The notes under the pieces are model-generated. The model did no database searches. It saw only the letters and a list, made by a program, of their open reading frames with translations, and had not been told where the DNA came from. Shown piece by piece: positions 1-9,954 of a stretch of 64,000 nt of DNA. Position 1 is the stretch's first letter; every line of letters begins with the position of its first letter. The position numbers and the translations under genes are program-made. Source of the stretch: Cypionkella sp. GTDB taxonomy: Bacteria; Pseudomonadota; Alphaproteobacteria; Rhodobacterales; Rhodobacteraceae. The DNA is taken from the NCBI GenBank assembly GCA_040398785.1, contig JBBATJ010000005.1, forward strand, positions 83,717-147,716, in the 5' to 3' direction.

Positions 1-715
1 GCGCCATCAGTTTTTTATTCCGCAAGGATTCAGGCACATCGCCGTTAACGATCCGCAGGGCCAAGCCTTCGGCAATGGCGGTTTTGCCAACACCAGGTTC
101 GCCGATCAGCACGGGGTTATTTTTCGTGCGCCGCGACAGAACCTGCATGGCGCGGCGGATTTCTTCGTCGCGGCCAATGATGGGATCGATTTTGCCTTGC
201 TCGGCCGCCTCGGTCAGATCGCGGGCATATTTTTTCAGTGCGTCATAGCCGTCTTCGGCGGACGCCGTATCTGCCGTGCGGCCCTTGCGAATTTCATTGA
301 TCGCGGCGTTCAGGTTTTGCGGCGTCACAGATGCGCTGGCCAAGATATCCTTGCATGGTCCCGCAACCATGCCAAAACCCATCAAAATCCGTTCCACAGG
401 AACAAAACTATCGCCCGCCTTTTTCGCCAAATTTTCCGCTTCATCCAGCACTTTGACCAAGGCGGGGTCCATAAAGGGTTGCGCATTGCCCGTTACTTTG
501 GGAATTTTCCCCAAGGCAAGCGCCAGACCCGACATCACCAGTTCAGGCGCACCGCCCGCACGGCGAATCAAATTGCTGGCAAGGCCCTGTTCGTCATCCA
601 TAAATGCCTTCAGCAGATGTTCCGGCGCGAGGCGCTGATGGTTTTCGCGAATGGCAATGGTTTGTGCCGCCTGAATGAAACCGCGCGCGCGTTCGGTCAG
701 TTTTTCCATATTCAT
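1..715 (-). CDS. clpB: ATP-dependent chaperone ClpB (N-terminal part, runs off window)
   Basis: Manual translation from ATG at 715 (SD AGGAG upstream): [18 protein letters not shown]...[43 protein letters not shown] (Walker A of NBD1). Not in the ORF track because it has no stop in the window. Confidence 0.96.
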   Translation of the reverse strand, partial: MNMEKLTERARGFIQAAQTIAIRENHQRLAPEHLLKAFMDDEQGLASNLIRRAGGAPELVMSGLALALGKIPKVTGNAQPFMDPALVKVLDEAENLAKKAGDSFVPVERILMGFGMVAGPCKDILASASVTPQNLNAAINEIRKGRTADTASAEDGYDALKKYARDLTEAAEQGKIDPIIGRDEEIRRAMQVLSRRTKNNPVLIGEPGVGKTAIAEGLALRIVNGDVPESLRNKKLMA

Positions 716-773
716 GATCTTCTCCTGATAAGCGCCGTTTTGATGCCCGCAGCACATCCAACGACCTTATGCT

Positions 774-803
774 AGATTTGGGGGGCCTCGGGCTGATTTG
801 CAA
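774..803 (-). promoter_or_regulatory. Candidate sigma32 (RpoH) promoter of clpB
   Basis: Minus strand TTGCAA-N14-CCCCAAATCT about 60 bp upstream of clpB; resembles the CTTGAA-N13-17-CCCCATNT heat-shock consensus. Confidence 0.45.
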
Positions 804-812
804 TATGATTGC

Positions 813-1637
813 TTAATCATACCGCACAAAGGCAAAGGCCGATCCATCAGGCGACCAGTTTGGCACATTGATGCTGCCTTGCCCGCCGATGAATTCGATC
901 AGGCGGCGGCGGTTGGACCCGTCTGGGTTCATCAGGCACAGCGCCACGGGCAAATCGCGCGGATGACCAAGCGTGCCGCTGGGGTAGGCAAGGTATAGGA
1001 TATGTTTGCCATCGGGTGACGGATGCGGAAACCAATTCACATAATCATCGGCGAACAGCTTGCGCTGATCCGATCCATCCGCGTTCATCACCCAAATCTG
1101 GGCATGACCATCGCGGTCGCAGTTGTAATAAATCAGGCTGCCATCGGCGGAATAATCAGGCCCATCGCAGTGGCCTTCGCCATTGGTTAGGCGGCGTTCA
1201 GCCTGCCCAAATTTTTGCACATAAACATCAATTGGCCCTGTGCCCCGCGCCGCGACAAAGGCGATCTCGTCGCCCGAAATCCCATGCCACCAAGACGGGG
1301 CTTTTGGCGTGATAAGGGTCACATTTCCCCCCACCGCAGGAATGGTAAAAATCTGCGATCCCTGCCCCAGATGATGAGACGAGAGGATATAGGTCTGCCC
1401 ATCGGGTGAAATGCCGTGATCGTTGTTGCACCCGCGCGCGACATCGGCGGGAATGTCCATCGGCACGGGGACAAGGCGCGGCGCGTCCAAGGGCACGCGA
1501 AACAATCGCCCCTCGCCATTGACCACCAGGTAACTGCCATCAGGCGACCAATTCGGGGCCTCAATCAGCATCTCTGTCTGCAAAACTTGCCGCGCCTGAC
1601 CCCGCGCCATATTCCAGATCTGCAGATAGGATGTCAT
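813..1637 (-). CDS. TolB-like PD40-repeat beta-propeller protein, no signal peptide
   Basis: Repeated PxWSPDG / PDYSADG / PHPSPDG / PNWSPDG motifs; 274 aa; start overlaps the stop of the upstream gene (ATGA). Confidence 0.8.
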   Translation of the reverse strand: MTSYLQIWNMARGQARQVLQTEMLIEAPNWSPDGSYLVVNGEGRLFRVPLDAPRLVPVPMDIPADVARGCNNDHGISPDGQTYILSSHHLGQGSQIFTIPAVGGNVTLITPKAPSWWHGISGDEIAFVAARGTGPIDVYVQKFGQAERRLTNGEGHCDGPDYSADGSLIYYNCDRDGHAQIWVMNADGSDQRKLFADDYVNWFPHPSPDGKHILYLAYPSGTLGHPRDLPVALCLMNPDGSNRRRLIEFIGGQGSINVPNWSPDGSAFAFVRYD

Positions 1638-2407
1638 TCCCGCGCCTTTGGGGTCAGCAGTTTTTTGGGCCGCAACGCCTCGGCAGCCTTGAACAGGCCA
1701 AAGGTTTGGTTGACGTAATTCACCACCCCGCCGATCTGTTCCATATATTTTTGCAATTCGGGCGTGCGTTCACATTCGACAATCTGCACGGGGCGTTCGG
1801 GGCCTGTCGATTCGAACTGGCAATAAAACAACGGCTCGCCACGTTTCAGGATGATATCCTTTTTCACATCGTGCCATTCAAACGCCCACATCAACGGACG
1901 CGGCCAAGCGTTCAGCGGAAAGCGCCCGCCAAAGATCGTGCCAGGCAATGCATCAGCGCGGTAATGCAAAAACGCCGAAAGCTGGGAGATATAGACCAAT
2001 TCATCCGCGATGAAACAATAAGGCAGTTGCAACTGAATGGTGGGGCGGTCGGGAAAGCGCCACTCGGTCTCGGACACCAGTGTCAAAACCTCGCCCATCT
2101 TATTGGCGCGAATGGGCGACGCCGCACCCGCGCGATTGACCAAGATCGGCTTGCCCTTATCGTCGCGCCCAAATCCGATGTGCAGATCAAACGGGCATTT
2201 GACCATGAAATAGCGGCTTTCCAGCTGGATCACGGCGGGGCAGCGGCTTGCGCTTTTCGAGTGTGTCTTGTTGGTTTGGCGAAACATCACGCGTTCTGGC
2301 GGATCATACATCACCGCGCCCTTGTCACTGGTCAAAAACCAGCCGACTGTGACGGGGCCAGAGTCTGGCCCATCCTCGGGGCGGTCAAAATTGACGTTGA
2401 TTTCCAT
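1634..2407 (-). CDS. Hypothetical protein, possibly dUTPase-like beta-clip fold
   Basis: Long ORF with coding-like codon bias. Start chosen at MEINVNF (2407), 10 bp after the ROK stop. Contains SRCPAV...VKCPFDL and LKRGEPLFYCQF segments. Confidence 0.7.
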   Translation of the reverse strand: MEINVNFDRPEDGPDSGPVTVGWFLTSDKGAVMYDPPERVMFRQTNKTHSKSASRCPAVIQLESRYFMVKCPFDLHIGFGRDDKGKPILVNRAGAASPIRANKMGEVLTLVSETEWRFPDRPTIQLQLPYCFIADELVYISQLSAFLHYRADALPGTIFGGRFPLNAWPRPLMWAFEWHDVKKDIILKRGEPLFYCQFESTGPERPVQIVECERTPELQKYMEQIGGVVNYVNQTFGLFKAAEALRPKKLLTPKARE

Positions 2408-2417
2408 ATCGCACCTT

Positions 2418-3287
2418 TCAAACTTTGCGAACAGAGTCGGCATAAATTTGCCCGCTGTCAATGTGCCCAAACTGTCGCCGCCCTGCCATGGCAGCACCTA
2501 GCAGACCCGCATCGACGGATGTTTGCGCACAGACGACGACGGGCGCGTGCGTTTCCCGCAGAATTTTCCCGCGCACGGCACGATCCAAGGCTGCAATCAA
2601 TTTCGGCGCATTGGCCAGACCCCCGCCCACAGGCACGATATCGGCGTTCAACAAATTGATCGCCATCGCCAAGGGGCCAGCGACCAAATCCAACCAGCGG
2701 GGCACGGCGGGATCCGTTCCGCCCTGTTCCCAATCGCGCACGATGTTCGCGGCCTGTCCCGTGCCCAGTCGTTCCAACCCACGGGCAGAGCCAACGGTAT
2801 CCAAACACCCCACCTGTCCACAGCCACAGGGCCATGCAGGATTTTGCACAATCGGCCCATGCCCCCATTCCCCCGCCCCCGCGATCACCTCGCCGTTCAG
2901 AACAACCCCACCGCCAACGCCGCTGCCCAGAATAATCGCAAAGACGCGGGAAAACCCCTGCCCCGCGCCATGCCCCGCCTCGGCCAAGGCAAAGGCATCG
3001 GCATCGTTCAAAACCAAAACAGGACAGGCAAAGGCCGCCGCAAAAACCGCCCTCACATCCGTGCCATTCAAACAGGGGATATTGGCGATTTTGCTGACAG
3101 GCCCAATCGCGCCCGCAATCGACACGGCCACCCCGATCATATTGGGCTGGGAAAACCCAACCAAGGCCGCCAGCAACTGCCCCAAATCGTCGACGGGGGT
3201 GGCAACCTCGCCCAGCGAAATCAACGCATCCCCCTGCGACAAAGCCGCCTTGATCCGCGACCCGCCGATGTCAAAACACAAGATCAT
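2418..3287 (-). CDS. ROK-family sugar kinase (NagK-like)
   Basis: CFDIGGS phosphate loop, LNDADAFALAEA, IILGSGVGGG, GEWGH and CGCGQVGCL Zn motif. Start at MILCFD (3287). Confidence 0.88.
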   Translation of the reverse strand: MILCFDIGGSRIKAALSQGDALISLGEVATPVDDLGQLLAALVGFSQPNMIGVAVSIAGAIGPVSKIANIPCLNGTDVRAVFAAAFACPVLVLNDADAFALAEAGHGAGQGFSRVFAIILGSGVGGGVVLNGEVIAGAGEWGHGPIVQNPAWPCGCGQVGCLDTVGSARGLERLGTGQAANIVRDWEQGGTDPAVPRWLDLVAGPLAMAINLLNADIVPVGGGLANAPKLIAALDRAVRGKILRETHAPVVVCAQTSVDAGLLGAAMAGRRQFGHIDSGQIYADSVRKV

Positions 3288-3352
3288 CGCCAACCCTTTC
3301 TTGACACAAGCGTCATCCTGCCCCATCACGCCCGAAAACAGAAAGCCGCGCA

Positions 3353-4045
3353 ATGCCTGATGATCGCCTTATCGTTGCCCTTGATGTGCCGAACCTGCTG
3401 CAAGGGATGGAAATCGCCAAAACCTTGGGCGATTCGGTGTCGTTTTACAAAATAGGTTTGGGGATGCTGACGGGCGGCGGACTTGCGCTTGCTAATGAGC
3501 TGAAACAAGAACACGGCAAGCGGATTTTTCTGGATATGAAGCTGTTTGACATCGGCGCGACCGTTCAGGCGGCGGTGCGGGGTCTGGTGCAATATGATCT
3601 GGATTTTCTGACGGTGCACGGCGATCCCCAAGTTGTCGCGGCGGCGGCAATGGGCAAAGGGGCGGCGCAGACCAAGATTTTGGCCGTGACCATCCTGACC
3701 AGTTTGGACCGCAACGATCTGGATGCCAATCTAATAAAGGCGGGGGATCTGGCGGAACTGACGATTGAACGCGCGGCCCGCGCGTTAGAGGCGGGTGCGG
3801 ATGGTGTGATTGCCAGCCCCCAAGAAGCCGCCCGCATTCGTGCCCTACCGCAAGCGGTTGGCAAGTTGATTGTCACCCCTGGGGTGCGGCCCATGGGTGC
3901 GGCGCTGGGCGATCAAAAACGGGTGGCAACGCCGGCGCAGGCGCTGATCGATGGGGCCGATCATATTGTCATCGGACGCCCGATTTGGGCGGCGGACGAT
4001 CCACGCGCGGCGGCCCTTGCGGTCTTGCGGGAAATTGCAAGATAG
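3353..4045 (+). CDS. pyrF: Orotidine-5'-phosphate decarboxylase
   Basis: RLIVALD, FLDMKLFDIGATV (DxKxxD), VTPGVRP and DQKRVATP motifs. Confidence 0.97.
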   Translation: MPDDRLIVALDVPNLLQGMEIAKTLGDSVSFYKIGLGMLTGGGLALANELKQEHGKRIFLDMKLFDIGATVQAAVRGLVQYDLDFLTVHGDPQVVAAAAMGKGAAQTKILAVTILTSLDRNDLDANLIKAGDLAELTIERAARALEAGADGVIASPQEAARIRALPQAVGKLIVTPGVRPMGAALGDQKRVATPAQALIDGADHIVIGRPIWAADDPRAAALAVLREIAR

Positions 4046-4077
4046 ACAGGCCGCGGACAGGGGGCCATAATCGCCCC

Positions 4078-5325
4078 ATGCTGTGCCGCGATTGCCTGAC
4101 CCGATTTGAGAGGGGCGCAAGATGCCCATCTTGCCGCTCGCCAAGGATATTGTCCCATCCCGAACTGTTCGATCTGACCATCGCCCATATGGATTGCGAC
4201 GCGTTTTATGCATCGGTCGAAAAGCGCGACAATCCCGATCTGCGCGACCATCCCTTGATCGTGGGCGGCGGCCATCGCGGCGTGGTCTCGACCGCCTGTT
4301 ATCTGGCGCGGATCCATGGCGTGCGATCCGCCATGCCGATGTTTCAGGCGCTGAAATTGTGCCCGCAGGCGATTGTCGTCCCACCGCGCATGGCGGCCTA
4401 TGTAGAGGCCTCGCGCGCCATTCGGTTCATGATGGAAAAACTGACGCCCTTGATCGAACCCCTGTCCTTGGACGAGGCATTTTTGGATCTGACGGGCACG
4501 GCGCGGCTGCATGGCGCGCCGCCTGCGGTGATGCTGGCCGGCCTTGTGCGGGATATGCAGGACCAACTGGGTCTGACGGGATCAATCGGTCTGTCGCATA
4601 ACAAATTTCTGGCTAAGATCGCGTCGGATCTGGACAAACCGCGCGGGTTTTCGGTGATTGGTCGGGCCGAGACGCAGGATTTCCTTGCCCCCAAATCGGT
4701 GAAAATCATCTGGGGGGTGGGGGCCGCGACCCAAGGCGCGCTGGAAAAAGCGGGGATCAGAACGATTGCCGATCTGCGCCGTTGGGGGCGGGATGATCTG
4801 TCTGCCCGTTTCGGCAGCATGGGGGAACGTCTGTTCAAACTATCGCGTGGTTCAGACAGCCGCCCTGTGATGCGCGACGCGGCCGTGAAATCCATCAGCA
4901 AGGAAACGACGTTCTTTGAGGATACCTCTGACCCCGACCTTTTGGACGGGCATTTGTGGCGATTGTCCGAACAGGTCGCCGACCGCGCCAAGGCCAAGGG
5001 ATTGGCGGGCCGCACGGTGACCTTGAAACTCAAACGCAGTGATTTCACCCAGATCAGCCGCCGTCAGGCCCTGTCAGACCCCAGCCAACTGACCGACCGC
5101 ATTTATCGCCATGCGAAAGCCATGTTTGACCATGCGGTGCATATGGGCCCGTTTCGCCTGATCGGGGTGGGTATTTCCGATCTTGGCCCCGACGCGAACG
5201 CAGATCAAAACGCCGATCTTTTGGACCCAGATGCGACCAAACGGGCGGCCACGGAACGCGCCACAGACGCCATTCGCGCTAGGTTCGGTAAGGACGCGAT
5301 TGTAAAGGGCCGTGCCCTGCGCTGA
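4078..5325 (+). CDS. dinB: DNA polymerase IV with N-terminal CxxC...CxxC Zn ribbon
   Basis: AHMDCDAFYASVE, STACYLAR, SAMP and SLDEAFLD Y-family motifs; N-terminus MLCRDC...RCPSC. Start at ATG 4078. Confidence 0.95.
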   Translation: MLCRDCLTRFERGARCPSCRSPRILSHPELFDLTIAHMDCDAFYASVEKRDNPDLRDHPLIVGGGHRGVVSTACYLARIHGVRSAMPMFQALKLCPQAIVVPPRMAAYVEASRAIRFMMEKLTPLIEPLSLDEAFLDLTGTARLHGAPPAVMLAGLVRDMQDQLGLTGSIGLSHNKFLAKIASDLDKPRGFSVIGRAETQDFLAPKSVKIIWGVGAATQGALEKAGIRTIADLRRWGRDDLSARFGSMGERLFKLSRGSDSRPVMRDAAVKSISKETTFFEDTSDPDLLDGHLWRLSEQVADRAKAKGLAGRTVTLKLKRSDFTQISRRQALSDPSQLTDRIYRHAKAMFDHAVHMGPFRLIGVGISDLGPDANADQNADLLDPDATKRAATERATDAIRARFGKDAIVKGRALR

Positions 5326-6183
5326 TTACTCGGCAGCGACGGATATCTGATCGCGGCCCCATTCTGTGATCTGCCCAATCGCCTTTGAAATACGCCGTTG
5401 CACAGACGCAAATTCGGCCAAGGGGATAATCCGCGCCTCGTCCATATACAGGCTGCGGTCGATTTCGATCTGCACGACATCGCGCCGCGCAAAGGGGCGG
5501 CCATAGCTTTGGGCGATATAGGCGCCAGCAAAGGGGGCATTGCGCGCCACCTTGAAACCGGCGCTTTGAAAGGCGGCCTCAATCATATCGCTGACCTCGC
5601 CGCGCGCGGCGGCCCCGTGGCGGTCGCCCAAAACGATATCCGCCCGCCGTTGACCATGGCGCATATGCATTTCTATCGCCTCATGCGGCATAGAATGGCA
5701 ATCAATCAAAATCGCCTGACCAAAGCAGCGGTGCGTTTCGTCCAGCAATAATTTCAGCGCCGCATGATAGGGCAACCACGCCTGCGCAATCCGCGCCTGC
5801 GCCTGTTCCAGCGGTATTTTGCCCGAATAAATCAGCCGCCCCCCCGATACAACGCGCGGAATCACCCCCAGACCAGAGGCAACGCGCGGATTGTGCGGCG
5901 TGCGCGGCGCGTCCATGATTAAGGCGGGGTCTAATTCATCGGCGGCGCGGTTTAGATCGATATAGGCGCGCGGATAAACCGCATTCAAAATCGGCGATCC
6001 ATAGCGCGTCGCGTCGCCAAACAGTTGATCCACATAGGCATCTTCCGAGGATCGAATCATCTGTGCGTTCAAAATCGTCTGCGCCAAAAACGCCGCTGGA
6101 TAAGCGCGCCCAGAATGTGGGGATGCAAAAACCACCGCATTCGTCTGCCGTTCGGGCCGCAGAATTTGAAAATGATCGTGCAA
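5326..6183 (-). CDS. N-formylglutamate amidohydrolase family protein
   Basis: FASPHSGR, RSSEDAYVD, RAYIDLNR, IDCHSMP and QIEIDRSLY. Probable TTG start at 6183 after GGAGAG. Confidence 0.9.
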   Translation of the reverse strand: MHDHFQILRPERQTNAVVFASPHSGRAYPAAFLAQTILNAQMIRSSEDAYVDQLFGDATRYGSPILNAVYPRAYIDLNRAADELDPALIMDAPRTPHNPRVASGLGVIPRVVSGGRLIYSGKIPLEQAQARIAQAWLPYHAALKLLLDETHRCFGQAILIDCHSMPHEAIEMHMRHGQRRADIVLGDRHGAAARGEVSDMIEAAFQSAGFKVARNAPFAGAYIAQSYGRPFARRDVVQIEIDRSLYMDEARIIPLAEFASVQRRISKAIGQITEWGRDQISVAAE

Positions 6184-6328
6184 AACTCTCTCCAGTTGAT
6201 AAACCACTATAAACGCAAACGATTGCGCGCGGATACCCCTTGATCCGCCCAGCAACTCTGTTTATAGCCGCGCAGACCAACACGGTTTCGCCCGTGCCTT
6301 TTGGGCAAGGGCGGATTGTCACGGCAGT

Positions 6329-6403
6329 GGGCGGTTAGCTCAGCGGTAGAGCACTACGTTGACATCGTAGTGGCCACTGGTTCGATCCCAGTACCGCCCA
6401 CCA
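6329..6403 (+). tRNA. tRNA-Val(GAC)
   Basis: Acceptor stem GGGCGGT/ACCGCCC, anticodon arm CTACG-TTGACAT-CGTAG, GGTTCGATCC T-loop, encoded CCA; 75 nt. Confidence 0.97.
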
Positions 6404-6468
6404 TTCACCACCCCGCAAGGGGTAACGCAATTTAACAGGCGCCAAGACGCGCCGCGAAGGAGACAGCC

Positions 6469-6594
6469 ATGAAGGTTGCAAACTCACTCCGCTCGCTGAA
6501 GTCGCGTCATCGCGATTGCCAAATCGTGCGCCGTAAAGGCCGCGTTTACGTGATCAACAAGACGCAAAAACGTTATAAGGCGCGCCAAGGTTGA
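6469..6594 (+). CDS. rpmJ: 50S ribosomal protein L36 (Zn-free, type B)
   Basis: [41 protein letters not shown] (41 aa, below the ORF-track cutoff), SD AAGGAG. Confidence 0.97.
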   Translation: MKVANSLRSLKSRHRDCQIVRRKGRVYVINKTQKRYKARQG

Positions 6595-6629
6595 TCTTGG
6601 CTGGCCTGACGTTCAGCAGCATAGAATAG

Positions 6630-6659
6630 GCCGCCAAGGGTTCCCTTCGGCGGCTTTTT
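6630..6659 (+). terminator. Intrinsic terminator after rpmJ
   Basis: GCCGCC-AAGG-GTT-CCTT-C-GGCGGC hairpin (single C bulge) followed by TTTTT. Confidence 0.75.
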
Positions 6660-6674
6660 CATTGGAAAAATCAT

Positions 6675-7265
6675 ATGCACCCAAACCCCGCCTTTCGCCA
6701 AACCCCAATGGATCGCAATCTAGATTTCGCAAGGTCGCGCGGATTTGGCGCGCTGGCCGTCAACGGCCCGATGGGGCCTATTTTGGCGCATATCCCGTTT
6801 ATCCTGTCCGCCGATGGCAGCTTTGCCGATTTTCATTTGGCGCGGTCGAACGCGGTGATCCAAAATGGCGTGCCTGCAGGCGCGGTTTTGGCGGTGGCGG
6901 GGCCAGACGCCTATATCTCGCCCGATTGGTATGGCATGGCCGATCAGGTGCCAACATGGAACTATGTCGCCGTGCATCTGCGCGGCACAATTCATCCCCT
7001 GCCCGAAGATATGCTAGAGCCGCATCTTAATGCCATTTCCGATATGTTTGAGGCCCACCTTGCCCCAAAACCCATCTGGCGCAGTGCAAAGATGGCCCAA
7101 GGCGTGATGCCGCGCATGATGCGGATGATCTTGCCTTATCGTCTGCAAATCACCACAGTGGAGGGCACATGGAAACTGGGCCAAAACAAACCTGACGCGG
7201 CGCGGTTGGCGGCGGCAGAGGCGCTGGGCCTGTCGGATTTGGCCAGATTGATGAAAGAGATATGA
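6675..7265 (+). CDS. PaiB-like FMN-binding (split-barrel) protein
   Basis: HIPF, HLARSN, YISPDWY, VPTWNYVAVHLRG and WKLGQNK motifs. Confidence 0.9.
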   Translation: MHPNPAFRQTPMDRNLDFARSRGFGALAVNGPMGPILAHIPFILSADGSFADFHLARSNAVIQNGVPAGAVLAVAGPDAYISPDWYGMADQVPTWNYVAVHLRGTIHPLPEDMLEPHLNAISDMFEAHLAPKPIWRSAKMAQGVMPRMMRMILPYRLQITTVEGTWKLGQNKPDAARLAAAEALGLSDLARLMKEI

Positions 7266-7867
7266 TGCAGCTTTACACCTCGCCCACCACACCCTTTGGT
7301 CGCAAAATCGCGGTCTTGTTGCACGAAAAATCCCTGCTGGATCGGGTGGCGCTGACGCTGGCCTCTGGCACGCCTTTGGACCCTGGCACCATGCCTGTCG
7401 TGCACAATCCCTTGGGCAAAATCCCCGTGCTGGTTTTGGATGGCGGCACGGCGATTTATGACAGTCGGGTGATTACCCGCTATTTGGACGATCACTTTGA
7501 TTTGGGTATCTATCCCAAAGGGGCGGCGCTGTGGGCGGCACTGACATTTGAGGCCGCCGTTGACGGGATTATCGAAGCGGCGGTTTTGATGGCCTATGAG
7601 GTGCGCCTGCGCCCCGATGATCGCCAATTCGCCCCCTGGATCGACGCGCAATGGTCGAAAATCACCCGCGCGCTGGATATGTTGGAAACCGCGCCCCTGT
7701 CGGGTGATTTCGATATGCCGCAAATCGCCCTTGCCTGTGCGCTGTCCTATCTGGATTTCCGCCACGACGCGCGGGGCTGGCGCATTGGTCGGCCCAATCT
7801 GGCGGCGTGGTATCAAACCCAATCCGCGCGGCAATCGATGGTTTTAACGGCGCAACCTGTAACCTAG
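7262..7867 (+). CDS. Glutathione S-transferase family protein
   Basis: YTSPTTPFGRK, NPLGKIPVL, IYDSRVITRYLD; ATGA overlap with the upstream gene. Confidence 0.92.
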   Translation: MMQLYTSPTTPFGRKIAVLLHEKSLLDRVALTLASGTPLDPGTMPVVHNPLGKIPVLVLDGGTAIYDSRVITRYLDDHFDLGIYPKGAALWAALTFEAAVDGIIEAAVLMAYEVRLRPDDRQFAPWIDAQWSKITRALDMLETAPLSGDFDMPQIALACALSYLDFRHDARGWRIGRPNLAAWYQTQSARQSMVLTAQPVT

Positions 7868-8054
7868 GTTGGCCCTCATGGGGATATTTTCTGTCAATTC
7901 AAGATAGATCGTCGTGAAAATTATGGGTATCGCCCCCCTGCGCGGCTTTGTCCGCTGGACGGCCCCGCTTTCCTTGGATAAAAGCACCGCCGAAGCGGTT
8001 GCACCGCGTTCAAATCATTCGGCGGCAACAGCCGCGCCAAAAGGGAGAAGGTCC

Positions 8055-8612
8055 GTGTCCCACGCAGACGATACCGCAGGAACCCGTCGGGATTTCCTGT
8101 ATTACGCAACCGCCGGCACTGGTGCTGTGGTGACGGGTGCTGCAGTTTGGCCTTTGGTCAATCAGATGAACCCTTCGGCCGATACCCGCGCCTTGGCCTC
8201 GATCCAAGTCGATGTTTCAGCAGTTGAGGCGGGTTCACAGTTGACAGTGAAATGGCGCGGCAAGCCCGTGTTCATCCGCCGCCGCACACCCGAAGAAATC
8301 GACGCAGGCCGCAAGGTTGTGTTGACCGATTTGGTTGATACCAAAGGTGAAAATGCCAACAAACCCGAGTCGGATGCGTTGGACGCCAACCGCACCCTGG
8401 ATGAGGCGGGCGAATGGCTGGTGATGATGGGCGTTTGCACCCATTTGGGCTGTGTGCCCTTGGGCAATGCGGGCGATTTTGGCGGCTGGTTCTGCCCTTG
8501 CCACGGCTCGCATTACGACACAGCAGGCCGTATCCGCAAAGGTCCAGCGCCGCGCAATCTGCCAGTGCCAATCGCGTCTTTCGTGGACGCTACAACCATC
8601 AAGCTCGGGTAA
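8055..8612 (+). CDS. petA: Cytochrome bc1 Rieske Fe-S subunit
   Basis: Tat motif TRRDFLY; CTHLGC and CPCHGS boxes. GTG start at 8055 after AGGGAG. Confidence 0.97.
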   Translation: MSHADDTAGTRRDFLYYATAGTGAVVTGAAVWPLVNQMNPSADTRALASIQVDVSAVEAGSQLTVKWRGKPVFIRRRTPEEIDAGRKVVLTDLVDTKGENANKPESDALDANRTLDEAGEWLVMMGVCTHLGCVPLGNAGDFGGWFCPCHGSHYDTAGRIRKGPAPRNLPVPIASFVDATTIKLG

Positions 8613-8621
8613 GGACAAATC

Positions 8622-9935
8622 ATGGCCGGAATTCCGCACGACCACTACGAGCCAAAGCCAGGCTTTCAAACATGGCTTCACAACCGTTTGCCGATTGTCA
8701 GTGTTCTGTATGACACGCTGATGTTGCCCACGCCCAAGAACCTGAACTGGATGTGGATCTGGGGCATTGTTCTGACCTTCTGTCTGGTGATGCAGATTGT
8801 CACGGGCATCGTTTTGGCCATGCACTACACGCCGCACGTCGACATGGCGTTCAAATCCATTGAACACATCATGCGCGATGTGAACGGCGGCTATATGTTG
8901 CGTTATTTGCACATGAACGGCGCGTCGCTGTTTTTCTTTGCGGTCTATCTGCATATTTTCCGCGGTCTTTACTATGGCAGCTATAAGGCTCCGCGCGAAG
9001 TGACGTGGATCATTGGGATGTTGATTTATCTGCTGATGATGGCAACGGGCTTTATGGGCTATGTTTTGCCTTGGGGTCAGATGTCGTTCTGGGGCGCCAC
9101 CGTGATCACTGGCCTGTTTGGCGCAATTCCTGGGATTGGCGATTCGATCCAGACACTGCTGCTGGGCGGTCCTGCCGTGGACAATGCCACCTTGAACCGC
9201 TTCTTTAGCCTGCACTATCTATTGCCGTTTGTTATCTTGGGTCTGGTCATCGTCCATATTTGGGCGTTCCACACCACGGGCAACAACAACCCCACGGGCA
9301 TCGAAGTGCGCCGCACCTCGAAAGAAGACGCGGCCAAGGATACATTGCCGTTCTGGCCCTATTTCGTGATCAAGGATTTGTTCGCCTTGGCCCTGATCAT
9401 GTTGGTCTTTTTTGCGGTCGTGGCCTTTATGCCCAACTATCTGGGCGACCCCGTCAACTATGTTGAGGCGAACCCGCTGGCGACCCCCGCCCATATCGTG
9501 CCCGAGTGGTATTTCTTGCCCTTCTACGCGATTTTGCGGGCCTTTACGGCGGATGTTTGGATCGTTCAACTGGTGCAGTTCGTCACCTTTGGCATCGTCG
9601 ACGCAAAATTCTTTGGTGTTCTGGCGATGTTTGGTGCGATTGCCGTCATGGGATTGGCACCTTGGCTGGACACATCCTCGGTGCGCTCGGGCCGCTTCCG
9701 TCCCAAGTTCAAGGGGTGGTTCGCGCTGTTGGTCATCGACTTTGTCATTTTGACATGGGTGGGTGCGCAGGTGCCAAACGCGCTGATGTCATGGATTTCG
9801 CTGATCGCTGCGACCTATTGGTTCGCCTATTTCCTGATCATCCTGCCCCTGTTGGGTGTGTTTGAAAAGGCGTCCCCAATGCCTGCCACGATCGAAGAAG
9901 ACTTTAATTCGCACTACGCCAAACCGGCCGAGTGA
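8622..9935 (+). CDS. petB: Cytochrome b
   Basis: Heme-ligand His in RYLHMNG/YLHIF and SLHYL/VHIWAFH; PEWY motif. Confidence 0.98.
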   Translation: MAGIPHDHYEPKPGFQTWLHNRLPIVSVLYDTLMLPTPKNLNWMWIWGIVLTFCLVMQIVTGIVLAMHYTPHVDMAFKSIEHIMRDVNGGYMLRYLHMNGASLFFFAVYLHIFRGLYYGSYKAPREVTWIIGMLIYLLMMATGFMGYVLPWGQMSFWGATVITGLFGAIPGIGDSIQTLLLGGPAVDNATLNRFFSLHYLLPFVILGLVIVHIWAFHTTGNNNPTGIEVRRTSKEDAAKDTLPFWPYFVIKDLFALALIMLVFFAVVAFMPNYLGDPVNYVEANPLATPAHIVPEWYFLPFYAILRAFTADVWIVQLVQFVTFGIVDAKFFGVLAMFGAIAVMGLAPWLDTSSVRSGRFRPKFKGWFALLVIDFVILTWVGAQVPNALMSWISLIAATYWFAYFLIILPLLGVFEKASPMPATIEEDFNSHYAKPAE

Positions 9936-9954
9936 GAGAAAGGAACTGACTGAG

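Noticed and set aside
197-775. 192-aa + strand ORF, and many similar long ORFs such as 1631-2659, 15433-17064 and 18680-19642
   Set aside because: Antisense or off-frame shadows of well-supported genes, expected from stop-poor GC-rich codon usage; no motifs.
7940-8036. GCGGC...CCGC elements upstream of petA as RegA boxes
   Set aside because: RegA control of pet operons is plausible, but the spacing does not fit the consensus and such GC motifs are frequent by chance here.
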